Assembly: GCA_003242515.2 (NCBI GenBank)
Contig: QGUS02000002.1
Coordinates: 5,491 to 69,490, forward strand
Length of the DNA: 64,000 nucleotides
Direction of reading: 5' to 3'
DNA from: Actinomycetes bacterium
Lineage (GTDB): Bacteria > Actinomycetota > Acidimicrobiia > Spongiisociales > ZC4RG35
Under the pieces are notes generated by a model. That model did no database searches and was not told the DNA's origin. It saw only the letters and a program-made list of their open reading frames with translations. This document shows, in pieces, positions 55,610-64,000 of the stretch. Position numbers and translations under genes: made by a program. Numbering within the stretch: position 1 is the stretch's first letter; every line of letters starts with the position of its first letter.

Positions 55610-57103
55610 TCAGCGGTGGGTCGGGAAGCCGAGGTCGACGCCGCGGTGGATGGGGTCCGCCCACCGGGAGATCACGACCTTCTGCCTCGTGTAGAAGTGG
55701 ACGCCCTCCGGCCCGTAGATGGCGTGGCTGCCGAAGATCGAGTCCTTCCAGCCGCCGAACGAGTAGTACGACAGGGGCACCGGGATCGGGACGTTGATCC
55801 CCACCATGCCGACCTTGATCTCCCGCTGGAACTTCCGGGCCGCGCCGCCGTCGTTGGTGAACACCGCGGTGCCGTTGCCGTACGGGTTCCGGTTGATCAG
55901 GTCGATGGCCGCCTCGAAGCTGTCGATGCGGACCGTGGAGAGGACGGGGCCGAATATCTCGTCCTGATAGATGGTCATGTCGGCGGTGACCCGGTCGAAG
56001 AGGGTCGGCCCGACGAAGTAGCCGCCCTCGTGTCCGGGCACGACGAGGTCGCGGCCGTCCTTGACCAGGACCGCACCCTGGGCGACGCCGGCGTCGATGT
56101 AGGAGCGGACCCGCTCCATGTGCTCCCTGGTGACCAGCGGGCCCATCTCCACGCCGGGCTGGTCGCCCGGGCCGACCACCAGCTTCTCCATGCGGGCGGC
56201 GACCGACTCGACCAGTTCGTCGCCGGCGCGGCCGATGCCGACCACCGCCGAGATCGCCATGCAGCGCTCGCCGGCCGACCCGAACGCGGCCGACACGGCC
56301 GAGTCGGCGGCCAGCTCGATGTCGGCGTCGGGCAGCACGACCATGTGGTTCTTCGCCCCGCCGAGGGCCTGGACCCGCTTGCCGGCCCGGGTGCCCGTCT
56401 CCCATATGTACCGGGCCACCGGGGTGGAGCCGACGAAGGAGACGGCGGCGACGCCCGGGTGGGAGATCAGCGCCTCCACGGCGTCACGGCTGCCGTGGAC
56501 CACGTTGAACACTCCCTCGGGCAGCCCCGCCTCGGCGAGCATCTCGGCCAGAAGGATCGAGGCGGACGGGTCCTTCTCCGACGGCTTGAGCACGAAGGTG
56601 TTCCCGCAGGCGATGGCGATGGGGAACATCCACATGGGGACCATCGCCGGGAAGTTGAACGGCGTGATTCCGGCCACGACCCCCAGGGGCTGACGGATGG
56701 TGAAGGTGTCCACGCCCGTCGAGACCTGGTCGGAGTAGGCGCCCTTGAGCAGGTGGCCGATGTTGCAGGCGAACTCCACCACCTCGAGGCCGCGCTGCAC
56801 CTCGCCGAGGGCGTCGTCGACGGTCTTGCCGTGCTCCGAGGTGATCACCTCGGCGAGCTCCCGGCGCCTCCGGGAGAGGATCTCACGGAAGGCGAACATC
56901 ACGCTCTGACGGGTGCCGATCGACGAGTCGCCCCAGCTACCGAACGCCCGCTGCGCCGCGGCGACCGCGGCGTCGACCTCGGCCTGGGCCCCGTAGACGA
57001 CCTCGGCCGTCTGCCGGCCCGTGGCAGGGTTGAAGACGGGTCCAACGACGCCCGAAGAGCCCTCGGAAGGCTTGCCGTCGATCCAGTGGTGGATCTGCCT
57101 CAT
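55610..57103 (-). CDS. mmsA: CoA-acylating methylmalonate-semialdehyde dehydrogenase
   Basis: 497 aa ALDH fold. ITPFNFPAM.P.WMFP.AIA.GNTFVLKPSEKDP and the C-terminal WK.S.FG pattern are typical of MmsA. Confidence 0.85.
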   Translation of the reverse strand: MRQIHHWIDGKPSEGSSGVVGPVFNPATGRQTAEVVYGAQAEVDAAVAAAQRAFGSWGDSSIGTRQSVMFAFREILSRRRRELAEVITSEHGKTVDDALGEVQRGLEVVEFACNIGHLLKGAYSDQVSTGVDTFTIRQPLGVVAGITPFNFPAMVPMWMFPIAIACGNTFVLKPSEKDPSASILLAEMLAEAGLPEGVFNVVHGSRDAVEALISHPGVAAVSFVGSTPVARYIWETGTRAGKRVQALGGAKNHMVVLPDADIELAADSAVSAAFGSAGERCMAISAVVGIGRAGDELVESVAARMEKLVVGPGDQPGVEMGPLVTREHMERVRSYIDAGVAQGAVLVKDGRDLVVPGHEGGYFVGPTLFDRVTADMTIYQDEIFGPVLSTVRIDSFEAAIDLINRNPYGNGTAVFTNDGGAARKFQREIKVGMVGINVPIPVPLSYYSFGGWKDSIFGSHAIYGPEGVHFYTRQKVVISRWADPIHRGVDLGFPTHR

Positions 57104-57124
57104 GACGGGCCGAGGCTAGCCCGG

Positions 57125-57577
57125 TCAGGACCCGGCTTCCTCGGCGGCGATCACCTCGGCCACGTCCCAGGCGCGGACGCGGGTCGGGGTGATCACGATC
57201 CCCACCGAGTAGTCGGCGGCGAAGCTCTCCGGCGTCCAGCCGAGCGCGGCGATCTGGCCGGCGTACTTGGCCACGTAGTCCGGCCGCCGGTCGGCGGGCG
57301 GCATGTCCGGCTCGATCCGGGCCCGCCCCTCGATGGTGACGCAGCCGCTGGCCTCCCGGTCGCCGCGCATGGTGACGCTGACACGGTCGTTGGCCCGGAT
57401 GGAGGCGAGCCGGGGGGTGTCCGGCCGGTTGTAGACGACGATCTCGTCACCGACGCGGAGGAACCAGACCGGGGCGGTCTGCGGCTGACCCTCCGCCGTG
57501 ACGGCGGTGAGGTGGACGATCAGGGCGCGGTCGAGCGCCTCGCAGACGTCGGGCTTGTCGGTGAGCATGGCACCCAC
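57125..57577 (-). CDS. PPOX-class (pyridoxamine-phosphate-oxidase-like) F420-dependent protein
   Basis: About 150 aa. HLTAVTAEGQPQTAPVWF...DEIVVYN is a split-barrel pattern. Confidence 0.65.
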   Translation of the reverse strand: MGAMLTDKPDVCEALDRALIVHLTAVTAEGQPQTAPVWFLRVGDEIVVYNRPDTPRLASIRANDRVSVTMRGDREASGCVTIEGRARIEPDMPPADRRPDYVAKYAGQIAALGWTPESFAADYSVGIVITPTRVRAWDVAEVIAAEEAGS

Positions 57578-57608
57578 GCTACCGCGGCCCGCCGGGGACG
57601 TTCCCGGG

Positions 57609-59564
57609 TCAGCGGCGCTGCAGGTCCACGACCACGGGGAAGTGGTCCGAGGCCCTGCTCTGGATCACCCCGGCATCGACGGCGACGAGGTCGTCGGTGT
57701 GGAACACGTAGTCGATCCTGTGCTCGGGGTTGGCGGCGTTGGAGGTGAACCCGTCACCACGACCGGCCTCGGCCCAGGAGTCGACCCAGCCGGCAGCCAG
57801 CAGCTCCTCGAGCTGCCTCCAGCCGGGACGGGCGTTGAAGTCGCCCACCAGCACCGCCGGGGTGACTCCACCCCACTCGCTGAGGATCGTCTCGATCTGC
57901 TCGCGGTGCACCGGGTAGAGGTCGCCCTCGGGGTCGGCGTCGTGCGCCTTCGGGTCGTTGACGTGCTGCAGGTGGGTGCTGATGAACAGCAGCCGCTCCG
58001 GCCCCTGGATCATGGCGCCCAGGTAGCCGCGGCGGAGGGGAGTCCCCACCTTCGGGAGGTGCGTCTCGGTGATGGAGACGATCGGGTAGCGGCTGAGGAT
58101 GGCGTTGCCGAAGGTCGGGTCGGTGGTGCCGAAGAACTCGGCGTACGGGTAGCCGAGGCGGTTGGCGAGCCAGAACAGCTGGTCGGCCACGCCGGAGATG
58201 AGCTGGCCCCGGGAGACCTCCTGGAGCCCGACGATGTCCGGCTCGGAGTCCTCGATCGCCCGGGCCACCGCCTCGAGGTCCATGGTGCCGTCCACCCCGT
58301 ACGCGGAGTGGATGTTGAACGACATCACCCGCACCGGATACGACGCCGTGGCCAGGTCGGCGGCCCGGGTGTCGTTGGCGCCGAGCATGCCGAGCAGCGG
58401 CAGCACGGAGGCCACCGCGGCGAACGCCCAGGAGAGGTGGGTGGCGCCCGGGCGGACGGCCTGCTCACCCAGGGCGCCGAGGAGCCCGACGACGCCCAGG
58501 ATCACCGCCACCGCCACCCGGACCTGGGACTGGGTGAAGCCGAGGTTCATGTCGAGGACCACGTAGTAGGCCAGTCCGATGACGACCAGCAGTGTCGACC
58601 CGATGGTCAGGTATGTGGCCGAGGCCCCCACTCCCCCCTCGTAGGTGTCGGGGACGAGGCTGGACCAGACGACGGCCGCCGCGGGGACGGCCAGGACGGA
58701 GAGGATGTCGAAGGCGGTGCCCGGTGTCTCGGCCAGCATCAGGGCGACGGCGAGCACCACGGCCGAGACGGCGGCGACGGGGCGGGCTCCCTCGAAGCGG
58801 GCCAGGATGAGCAGGGCGACCACGTTGAGCAGGGCGATGCGGAGCTGGGTCTGCGCTCCGTCGGCCCCGATCACCTCCGCCGTCCATCCCTGGCTCTGGA
58901 GGATGAGGAACTGGGCGAAGAGGAACGGCCCGAAGGCGATCATCTTCCAGCCCGTCCCCCACAGGACTCCCTCGGTCTCGGCGACCGGGCACGCCCACAG
59001 GGCGTAGAGGGTGAGGACGCCCATGGCGACCACGGCGCCGACCGCCATGGCCCCCGGCTGGTATGCGAGGTCGAGGCCGAGGCCGACCCCGCGGATCGCG
59101 GTGTCGATGGCGAGGCCGAGGATCACGCCGCCGACCAGCGTCTGCCTGCCCATGCTGAGCAGGAGCGGGAGCACGCCGATGAAGGCCCAGGCGGCGATGC
59201 CGGAGCTCCACAGGTCGACCGCCGGCGAGGTGGACACCTGGTTGACCACCCGGCCGAAGACGAGGAGCAGCACCCCCAGCCAGGTGGCGCCCCGGACCGT
59301 GAGGAACCGGGACAGGGCCGGGAAGACGAAGGCGAGGACGAACGGGGCGAGCGAGATGGGCACCAGGTCGAGCACCCCGACGCCGACGGTGTCCCGCAGG
59401 TACCAGGCCAGCGATCCGAACAGGAAGCGAATGCTCTGGGCGCCGAGGGTGAAGACGAGGGCGCCGCAGAGGATCTTCAGGCTCCGTCTCGTGTCTGACG
59501 CTTCGAACACGGGCCTAGACGGTACCCGGCCCCCGCCGGGAAGCGGCGGCCATGGACGCCGCAC
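57609..59564 (-). CDS. Polytopic membrane domain fused to a C-terminal endonuclease/exonuclease/phosphatase (EEP) domain
   Basis: About 400 aa of TM helices, then VMSFNIHS, IVGLQEV, GDFNA, IDYVF and SDHFPV EEP motifs. The start is ATG 59564 or GTG 59510. Confidence 0.7.
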   Translation of the reverse strand: MRRPWPPLPGGGRVPSRPVFEASDTRRSLKILCGALVFTLGAQSIRFLFGSLAWYLRDTVGVGVLDLVPISLAPFVLAFVFPALSRFLTVRGATWLGVLLLVFGRVVNQVSTSPAVDLWSSGIAAWAFIGVLPLLLSMGRQTLVGGVILGLAIDTAIRGVGLGLDLAYQPGAMAVGAVVAMGVLTLYALWACPVAETEGVLWGTGWKMIAFGPFLFAQFLILQSQGWTAEVIGADGAQTQLRIALLNVVALLILARFEGARPVAAVSAVVLAVALMLAETPGTAFDILSVLAVPAAAVVWSSLVPDTYEGGVGASATYLTIGSTLLVVIGLAYYVVLDMNLGFTQSQVRVAVAVILGVVGLLGALGEQAVRPGATHLSWAFAAVASVLPLLGMLGANDTRAADLATASYPVRVMSFNIHSAYGVDGTMDLEAVARAIEDSEPDIVGLQEVSRGQLISGVADQLFWLANRLGYPYAEFFGTTDPTFGNAILSRYPIVSITETHLPKVGTPLRRGYLGAMIQGPERLLFISTHLQHVNDPKAHDADPEGDLYPVHREQIETILSEWGGVTPAVLVGDFNARPGWRQLEELLAAGWVDSWAEAGRGDGFTSNAANPEHRIDYVFHTDDLVAVDAGVIQSRASDHFPVVVDLQRR

Positions 59565-59582
59565 CGCCGCGCACGACCGGGC

Positions 59583-60440
59583 TCAGTGCTCGTGGCCGTG
59601 GTCGGGGAAGTCCGGGTCGTGGTGATGGTGGTGGTGGGTCCGCGGTGCGTAGCCGCCGTCGGGGAGGTACCTCGGCGCCTCGTCGACCACCGAGTCGAAC
59701 CTGAGCCCCATGAGGATCACGCCGGCCGCGCCGGCCTGCTTCGCCCGCTCCTCGGTCTCGGCGAAGATCTCCCACGCCACCTTGCGGCGGGCGTCCGGCG
59801 CCAGGGCGTCGATGCGGGCCTTGAGGGCGTCCGTGGCCGGCACCGCCCCGATCCCCTCCATCCGGTCGATCCACTCGGGGCTGAACGGCGGGATCGCCAT
59901 GAGGTACACCGGCGGGTCGCCGTCCTTCAGGTCGAGGCGGGCCATGTTCTGCTCCACCGTCTCCGGGTCGATGACCGGCCCGGCGACGAAGAACTGCGCC
60001 CCGACCTCGATGCGGCGCCGGAACTGCCACTCCCGGAACCGCGTCGGCATCCCCACCTCGAAGTCCGGGAGGGAGCTCTGCAGCTGCCGGAGGTGCTCCA
60101 CGATCTCGTAGTGGTGCGCCATGTGGTCGATGTGCGGCACGGTGTCGCCGATCACGACCAGGAAGCTGTCGACGCCGTTGCCCAGAGCGCCCCGCACCTC
60201 CGACTCGATGGCCAGGATGTTGCGGTCCCGGGTGGACACCACGACCGTCGGGTGCACCTCGGGGGTGTCGTGGGTGATCCGGGCGGCGAACGCGAACGGC
60301 GAGACCCGGATCTTCCCGAACACGTTGTCGGTGATCAGCACGTGGCTCCAGTGCGGGGTGAGCCGGTGATGCCGCATGTCGGGCAGCTCCGGCGGGTTCA
60401 CCTCCGCGATGCGGATCCACTCACGACTGGCTGTCAGCAA
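59583..60440 (-). CDS. Methylenetetrahydrofolate reductase-like TIM-barrel protein with a His-rich tail
   Basis: By-eye collinearity with E. coli MetF blocks (IRIAEVNPPE~FEFFPP, FLVVIGD~IVALRGD, GAQFFVAGPVID~GANRAITQFFFD, LMAIPPF~IIPGILP). It overlaps the metH 3' end by 20 nt. C-terminus is THHHHHHDPDFPDHGHEH. Confidence 0.55.
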   Translation of the reverse strand: MLTASREWIRIAEVNPPELPDMRHHRLTPHWSHVLITDNVFGKIRVSPFAFAARITHDTPEVHPTVVVSTRDRNILAIESEVRGALGNGVDSFLVVIGDTVPHIDHMAHHYEIVEHLRQLQSSLPDFEVGMPTRFREWQFRRRIEVGAQFFVAGPVIDPETVEQNMARLDLKDGDPPVYLMAIPPFSPEWIDRMEGIGAVPATDALKARIDALAPDARRKVAWEIFAETEERAKQAGAAGVILMGLRFDSVVDEAPRYLPDGGYAPRTHHHHHHDPDFPDHGHEH

Positions 60441-63400
60441 GGCGCTCCTCCCTGGGCTTCCGGGCGACGAAGTACTTCGCCTGCGGGTGATGGCAGATGA
60501 TCGCCGAGGTGGTCTGCTCCGGCTGGTACTGGTAGCCGGTGTCCGCCCCGACGCGGACGCCGATGCGTGAGGCGTCGAGCAGACGCGCCACGGTCTCGTT
60601 GTCCTCGAGGTCCGGGCACGCCGGGTAGCCCCACGAATACCGGCCGCCCCGGTACTGCTGGCGGAACAGGCCGAGGAGGGTCGGGCCGTCCTCGTGGACG
60701 AAGCCCCACTCGGTGCGGACCCGGTGGTGCCAGTACTCGGCGAGGGCCTCGGTCATCTCCACGCCGAGGCCGTGGAGCAGCAGGTAGTCCTGGTAGCGGT
60801 CCGCCTCGAACAGCTCCCCGGTGCGTTCGGAGACCCGCGGCCCCATGGTCACGATGTGGAAGGCGGCGTAATCGACCTCGCCGCTCTCCACCGGGCGGAA
60901 GAAGTCGGCGATGCACAGCCAGGGCTCCTCGGCCTGACGGGGGAAGGAGAACCGGCAGAGCTCCTCGCTCCGGTCGGTGTCCTTCCAGATGATCAGGTCG
61001 TTGCCGTCGCCGTTGGCCGGGTAGTAGCCGTACACCACCTGGGGCACCAGCAGGTCGTCCGTGCGGGCCTTGGCCAGCTCGGCGCGCAGCACCTTCCCGA
61101 GACGCTCCTTGAACTCCCGGTCGGTCTCCCCCGACTCCGGCCGGAACTGCCACTGGTTCCGGAACAGGGCGGTCAGGTTGAGGAACGGGACGATGTCGTC
61201 GAGCGAGATCCCCTTGACCACCCGGCTCCCGATGAACGGCGGCTCGAACACGGGGTTGTCGGTGGCCACGGTCGGCGACCGCCGCGGGGCCTCGGTGGGC
61301 TCCACCCGGTCGAACCGCGATGCCCGCGGCTTCTCCGGCAGAGGGGCCGGCTCGCCGGCCACGATCTTCGCCATGGCCTCCAGGCCGGCGAACGCGTCCT
61401 TGCCGTAGTAGAGCGGGCCGGGGTACCGGCTCCTCAGCTCGGCCTCGACGTAGTTCCGGGTCAGGGCCGCTCCGCCGAGGATGACCGGCACGTGGCCGAG
61501 GCCCCGGCGGACCAGCTCGTCCAGGTTGTCCTTCATGATCAGGGTGCTCTTGACGAGCAGGCCGCTCATGCCGATGGCGTCGGCCCCGGTCTCCTCGTAC
61601 GCCTTGATCATCTCGGAGATCCCGACCTTGATCCCGAGGTTGTGGACGGTGTAGCCGTTGTTGCGGAGGATGATGTCCACGAGGTTCTTCCCGATGTCGT
61701 GGACGTCACCGGCCACGGTGGCGAGCACGACGGTCCCCCGGTTGGCCGAGTCGGCCTTCTCCATGTGAGGCTCGAGGTGGGCCACCGCACGCTTCATGGT
61801 CTCCGCCGACTTGAGCACGAACGGCAGCTGCATCTCGCCGGTGGCGAAGAGGTCGCCCACGACCTTCATGCCCGCCAGCAGGTGCTCGTTGATGATGTCC
61901 AGGGGCTTCCACCCGAGGGCCATGGCCTCGTCGAGGTCGGGGATGATCCCGTTCTGGTCGCCGTCCACGATCCTCCGGGCGAGCCGCTCGCCGAGCGTGA
62001 GCCCCTCGTAGCGGTCCACCTTCTCGTCGACCTCCTCCCTGCCCGACGACAGCTCGATGAGCCGGTGCAGCGGGTCGTAGGCCTCCCGACGGCGGTCGTA
62101 GATCAAGTCGAGGCAGGCCTCACGCTCCTCCGGATCGATCTTGGACAGCGGCTGGATCTTCCCGGCATGGACGATGGCCGCGTCCAGCCCGGTGGCCACG
62201 GCCTCGTGGAGGAAGACGCTGTTGAGCGCACGGCGGGCCCTCGGGTTGAGGCCGAAGGAGATGTTGGAGACGCCGAGGACGGTCCGGGCGCCGGGGATCT
62301 CGGCCTTGATCCGGCGGATGGCCTCGAGGGTCTCCATGGCGTCCCCGCGGAGGTCGTCGTCGCCGGTGGTGAGGGGGAAGGTGAGGGCGTCGAAGAAGAG
62401 GTCCGTGCTGGAGAGCCCGTAGCGCTCGGTGGCAAGCCTGTGGATGCGGTGGGCGATCTCCAACTTGTGCTCGACGGTCCGGGCCTGGCCGGTCTCGTCG
62501 ATGAGGAGGCAGATCACGGCGGCGCCGTGACATCGGGCCAGCCGGAACACCCGGTCGAGGCGTGACCCATCGGCATCGCCCTCCTCGAGGTTGGCGGAGT
62601 TGAGGACGCACCGGCCGCCGAACCGCTCCAGGGCGGCCTGCATCACCTCGGGCTCGGTGGAGTCGATGACGACGGGGGCGGCCACGTCGGTGGCGAAGGC
62701 GGCGGCGAGCCTGGACATGTCCTCGACGCCGTCCCGTCCCACGTAGTCGACGCAGAGGTCGACCAGGTGGGCGCCCTCCTCGATCTGCTCCCGGCCGATG
62801 GCGACGCACCGCTCGATGTCCCCGGCCAGGAGTGCCTCGCGGAACGCCCTGGAGCCGTTGGTGTTGGCGCGCTCCCCGATGATGAGGAAGGAGGTGTCCT
62901 GGTCGAAGGAGACGGGCGAGTAGATGGAGGCGGCGGCGTCGATGACCTTCGGCTGCCGCTCCTTCGGCTTCGCCGGGCGTACGGCCTCGACGACCGCGGC
63001 CAGGTGCTCCGGCGTGGTCCCGCAGCACCCGCCCACGACGCCCACGCCCAGCTCGGTGACGAACCGGCTGAGGTGGTCGGCCAGCTCCTCCGGCGCGAGG
63101 TCGTAGGTCATCTGCCCGTCCACCACCCGCGGCAGGCCGGCGTTGGGGATGGCGGAGACGGGCACCGGCGAGTGCTCGGCCAGGTAGCGGATGGGCTCCC
63201 ACATCTCTGTGGGGCCGGTGGCGCAGTTGAGCCCGATCACGTCGGGACCCACCGCGGCGAGCGAGGCGAGTGCGGCGCCGATCTCGGTGCCGGGGAGCAT
63301 CCGGCCGGTCAGTTCGATGGTCACCTGCACCTGGAGGGGGACCTCCCGGCCGGACGACCGCATCGCCCGGCGGGACCCCTCGATGGCGGCCTTGGCCCCG

Positions 63401-63915
63401 AGCAGGTCGAACTGGGTCTCGATGATCAGCAGGTCGGCCCCGCCGTCGATCAGGCCCGCGGCCATCTCCTCGTAGGCGGTGACCAGCTCCCGGTAGGTGA
63501 CCTGGCCGAGGGTGGCGAACTTGGTGCCGGGACCCATGGATCCGGCGACGAACCGGGGCCGGCCGTCGCGGGCGACGTACCCGTCCACCGTGGCCCGGGC
63601 CACCGAGGCGGCCGCCGAGGCGACCTCGTAGGCGCGGTGGGCGATGCCGTACTCGGCCAGCGTGATGGCGAAGGCGCCGAACGAGTTGGTCTCCACCACG
63701 TCCACCCCGACGTCGAGGAACGACCGGTGGAGCCCGGCGATGACGTCGGGCCGCGTCACGGAGAGGATGTCGGTGCACCCCTCGAACTGGGGGCCACCGA
63801 AGTCGTCCGCGGTGAGGCCCAGACGCTGGAGGTTGGTGCCCGTGGCGCCGTCGAAGATGACGGGCCCTGCTGCGACTGCGTCCAGATAACTCAACGAACC
63901 CTCCCGGCTCGACAT
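60421..63915 (-). CDS. metH: Cobalamin-dependent methionine synthase
   Basis: ATG at 63915 with AAGGGAAG upstream. Contains Hcy-binding, pterin-binding, B12-binding (GDVHDIGKN) and AdoMet-activation domains. 1164 aa. Confidence 0.95.
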   Translation of the reverse strand: MSSREGSLSYLDAVAAGPVIFDGATGTNLQRLGLTADDFGGPQFEGCTDILSVTRPDVIAGLHRSFLDVGVDVVETNSFGAFAITLAEYGIAHRAYEVASAAASVARATVDGYVARDGRPRFVAGSMGPGTKFATLGQVTYRELVTAYEEMAAGLIDGGADLLIIETQFDLLGAKAAIEGSRRAMRSSGREVPLQVQVTIELTGRMLPGTEIGAALASLAAVGPDVIGLNCATGPTEMWEPIRYLAEHSPVPVSAIPNAGLPRVVDGQMTYDLAPEELADHLSRFVTELGVGVVGGCCGTTPEHLAAVVEAVRPAKPKERQPKVIDAAASIYSPVSFDQDTSFLIIGERANTNGSRAFREALLAGDIERCVAIGREQIEEGAHLVDLCVDYVGRDGVEDMSRLAAAFATDVAAPVVIDSTEPEVMQAALERFGGRCVLNSANLEEGDADGSRLDRVFRLARCHGAAVICLLIDETGQARTVEHKLEIAHRIHRLATERYGLSSTDLFFDALTFPLTTGDDDLRGDAMETLEAIRRIKAEIPGARTVLGVSNISFGLNPRARRALNSVFLHEAVATGLDAAIVHAGKIQPLSKIDPEEREACLDLIYDRRREAYDPLHRLIELSSGREEVDEKVDRYEGLTLGERLARRIVDGDQNGIIPDLDEAMALGWKPLDIINEHLLAGMKVVGDLFATGEMQLPFVLKSAETMKRAVAHLEPHMEKADSANRGTVVLATVAGDVHDIGKNLVDIILRNNGYTVHNLGIKVGISEMIKAYEETGADAIGMSGLLVKSTLIMKDNLDELVRRGLGHVPVILGGAALTRNYVEAELRSRYPGPLYYGKDAFAGLEAMAKIVAGEPAPLPEKPRASRFDRVEPTEAPRRSPTVATDNPVFEPPFIGSRVVKGISLDDIVPFLNLTALFRNQWQFRPESGETDREFKERLGKVLRAELAKARTDDLLVPQVVYGYYPANGDGNDLIIWKDTDRSEELCRFSFPRQAEEPWLCIADFFRPVESGEVDYAAFHIVTMGPRVSERTGELFEADRYQDYLLLHGLGVEMTEALAEYWHHRVRTEWGFVHEDGPTLLGLFRQQYRGGRYSWGYPACPDLEDNETVARLLDASRIGVRVGADTGYQYQPEQTTSAIICHHPQAKYFVARKPREERLADSQS

Positions 63916-64000
63916 GGTCTTCCCTTTTGTCGCGAAACGCCGACGGAGGACCATGGGCCGGAGGCCCAGAGGTCACTCATCGTCCAGGCATTGGCACCGT

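Noticed and set aside
52134-55694. 1186-aa plus-strand ORF, the second longest in the track
   Set aside because: It is antisense to the crotonase and Pat genes, both of which have clear domain motifs. Its translation is low-complexity (G/D/H/R/L-rich) with no P-loop or other signature.
57498-59498. 666-aa plus-strand ORF, and similar long shadow ORFs (15843-17210 minus, 39128-40723 plus, 45867-47537 plus, 49194-51368 plus, 60694-62565 plus, 62120-63976 minus, 40673-42205 minus, 12672-14405 plus)
   Set aside because: Each lies opposite to, or out of frame with, a gene that has unambiguous family motifs (EEP fusion, SNase/LEA-like genes, gatB, ligA, mnmA/iscS, metH, gatA, bioY/EamA). They have Arg/Pro/Gly-dominated composition.
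59586-59642. The His6 run as evidence of an engineered affinity tag or vector contamination
   Set aside because: The run is internal to a longer native-looking tail (…RTHHHHHHDPDFPDHGHEH*). It uses mixed CAC/CAT codons and has no linker, protease site or vector sequence around it. It also sits in a continuous operon context with metH.
63916-64000. Possible cobalamin or SAH riboswitch upstream of metH
   Set aside because: Only 85 nt of upstream sequence are in the window. I see a small GGGCC-tcc-GGCCC hairpin but none of the conserved riboswitch core sequences I can recall. An Infernal/Rfam scan with more upstream sequence is needed.

Overview
This is a high-GC (about 70%) actinobacterial-type chromosomal segment. 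It is densely coding, with about 60 protein genes. I saw no rRNA, tRNA, CRISPR array, transposase or integrase.

Many long ORFs in the six-frame track are artefacts of the GC bias. They are either antisense to real genes or are 5'-extended versions of them. I chose real genes by recognisable motifs, third-position GC and start-site context. Fourteen gene junctions are 4-nt ATGA/GTGA/TTGA overlaps.

The housekeeping backbone includes:
- gpsA (3' end only)
- gatCAB-pyk
- dapE and dapD
- ligA
- iscS-mnmA
- mmsA
- a GNAT-first Pat-type acetyltransferase
- metH plus an MTHFR-like gene

The most notable content:
1. A fully translationally coupled, archaeal-style herA-mre11(sbcD)-rad50(sbcC)-nurA cassette (1.1-7.2 kb).
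2. A probable GT78 single-step mannosylglycerate synthase, divergent from that cassette.
3. An 8.7-kb co-directional block (25.8-34.5 kb). Its core is three tandem, diverged paralogues of an uncharacterised membrane-anchored protein with Asp-box-like motifs. A PLP decarboxylase, an LLM oxidoreductase, a DsbA/FrnE-like protein and a C26 gamma-glutamyl hydrolase flank it. This is my best candidate for an undescribed system.
4. Two overlapping GTPase paralogues in which DxPD replaces the G3 motif DxxG, followed by a small MscS-type channel.
5. A scatter of stress and desiccation-type genes: a LEA-like repeat protein, CsbD, an RRM RNA-binding protein, a YflT-like protein and an unlisted 54-codon ORF.
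6. A 245-nt non-coding leader with a strong G-quadruplex motif upstream of the acetyltransferase.

All functional calls rest on by-eye motif recognition and have not been checked against databases.
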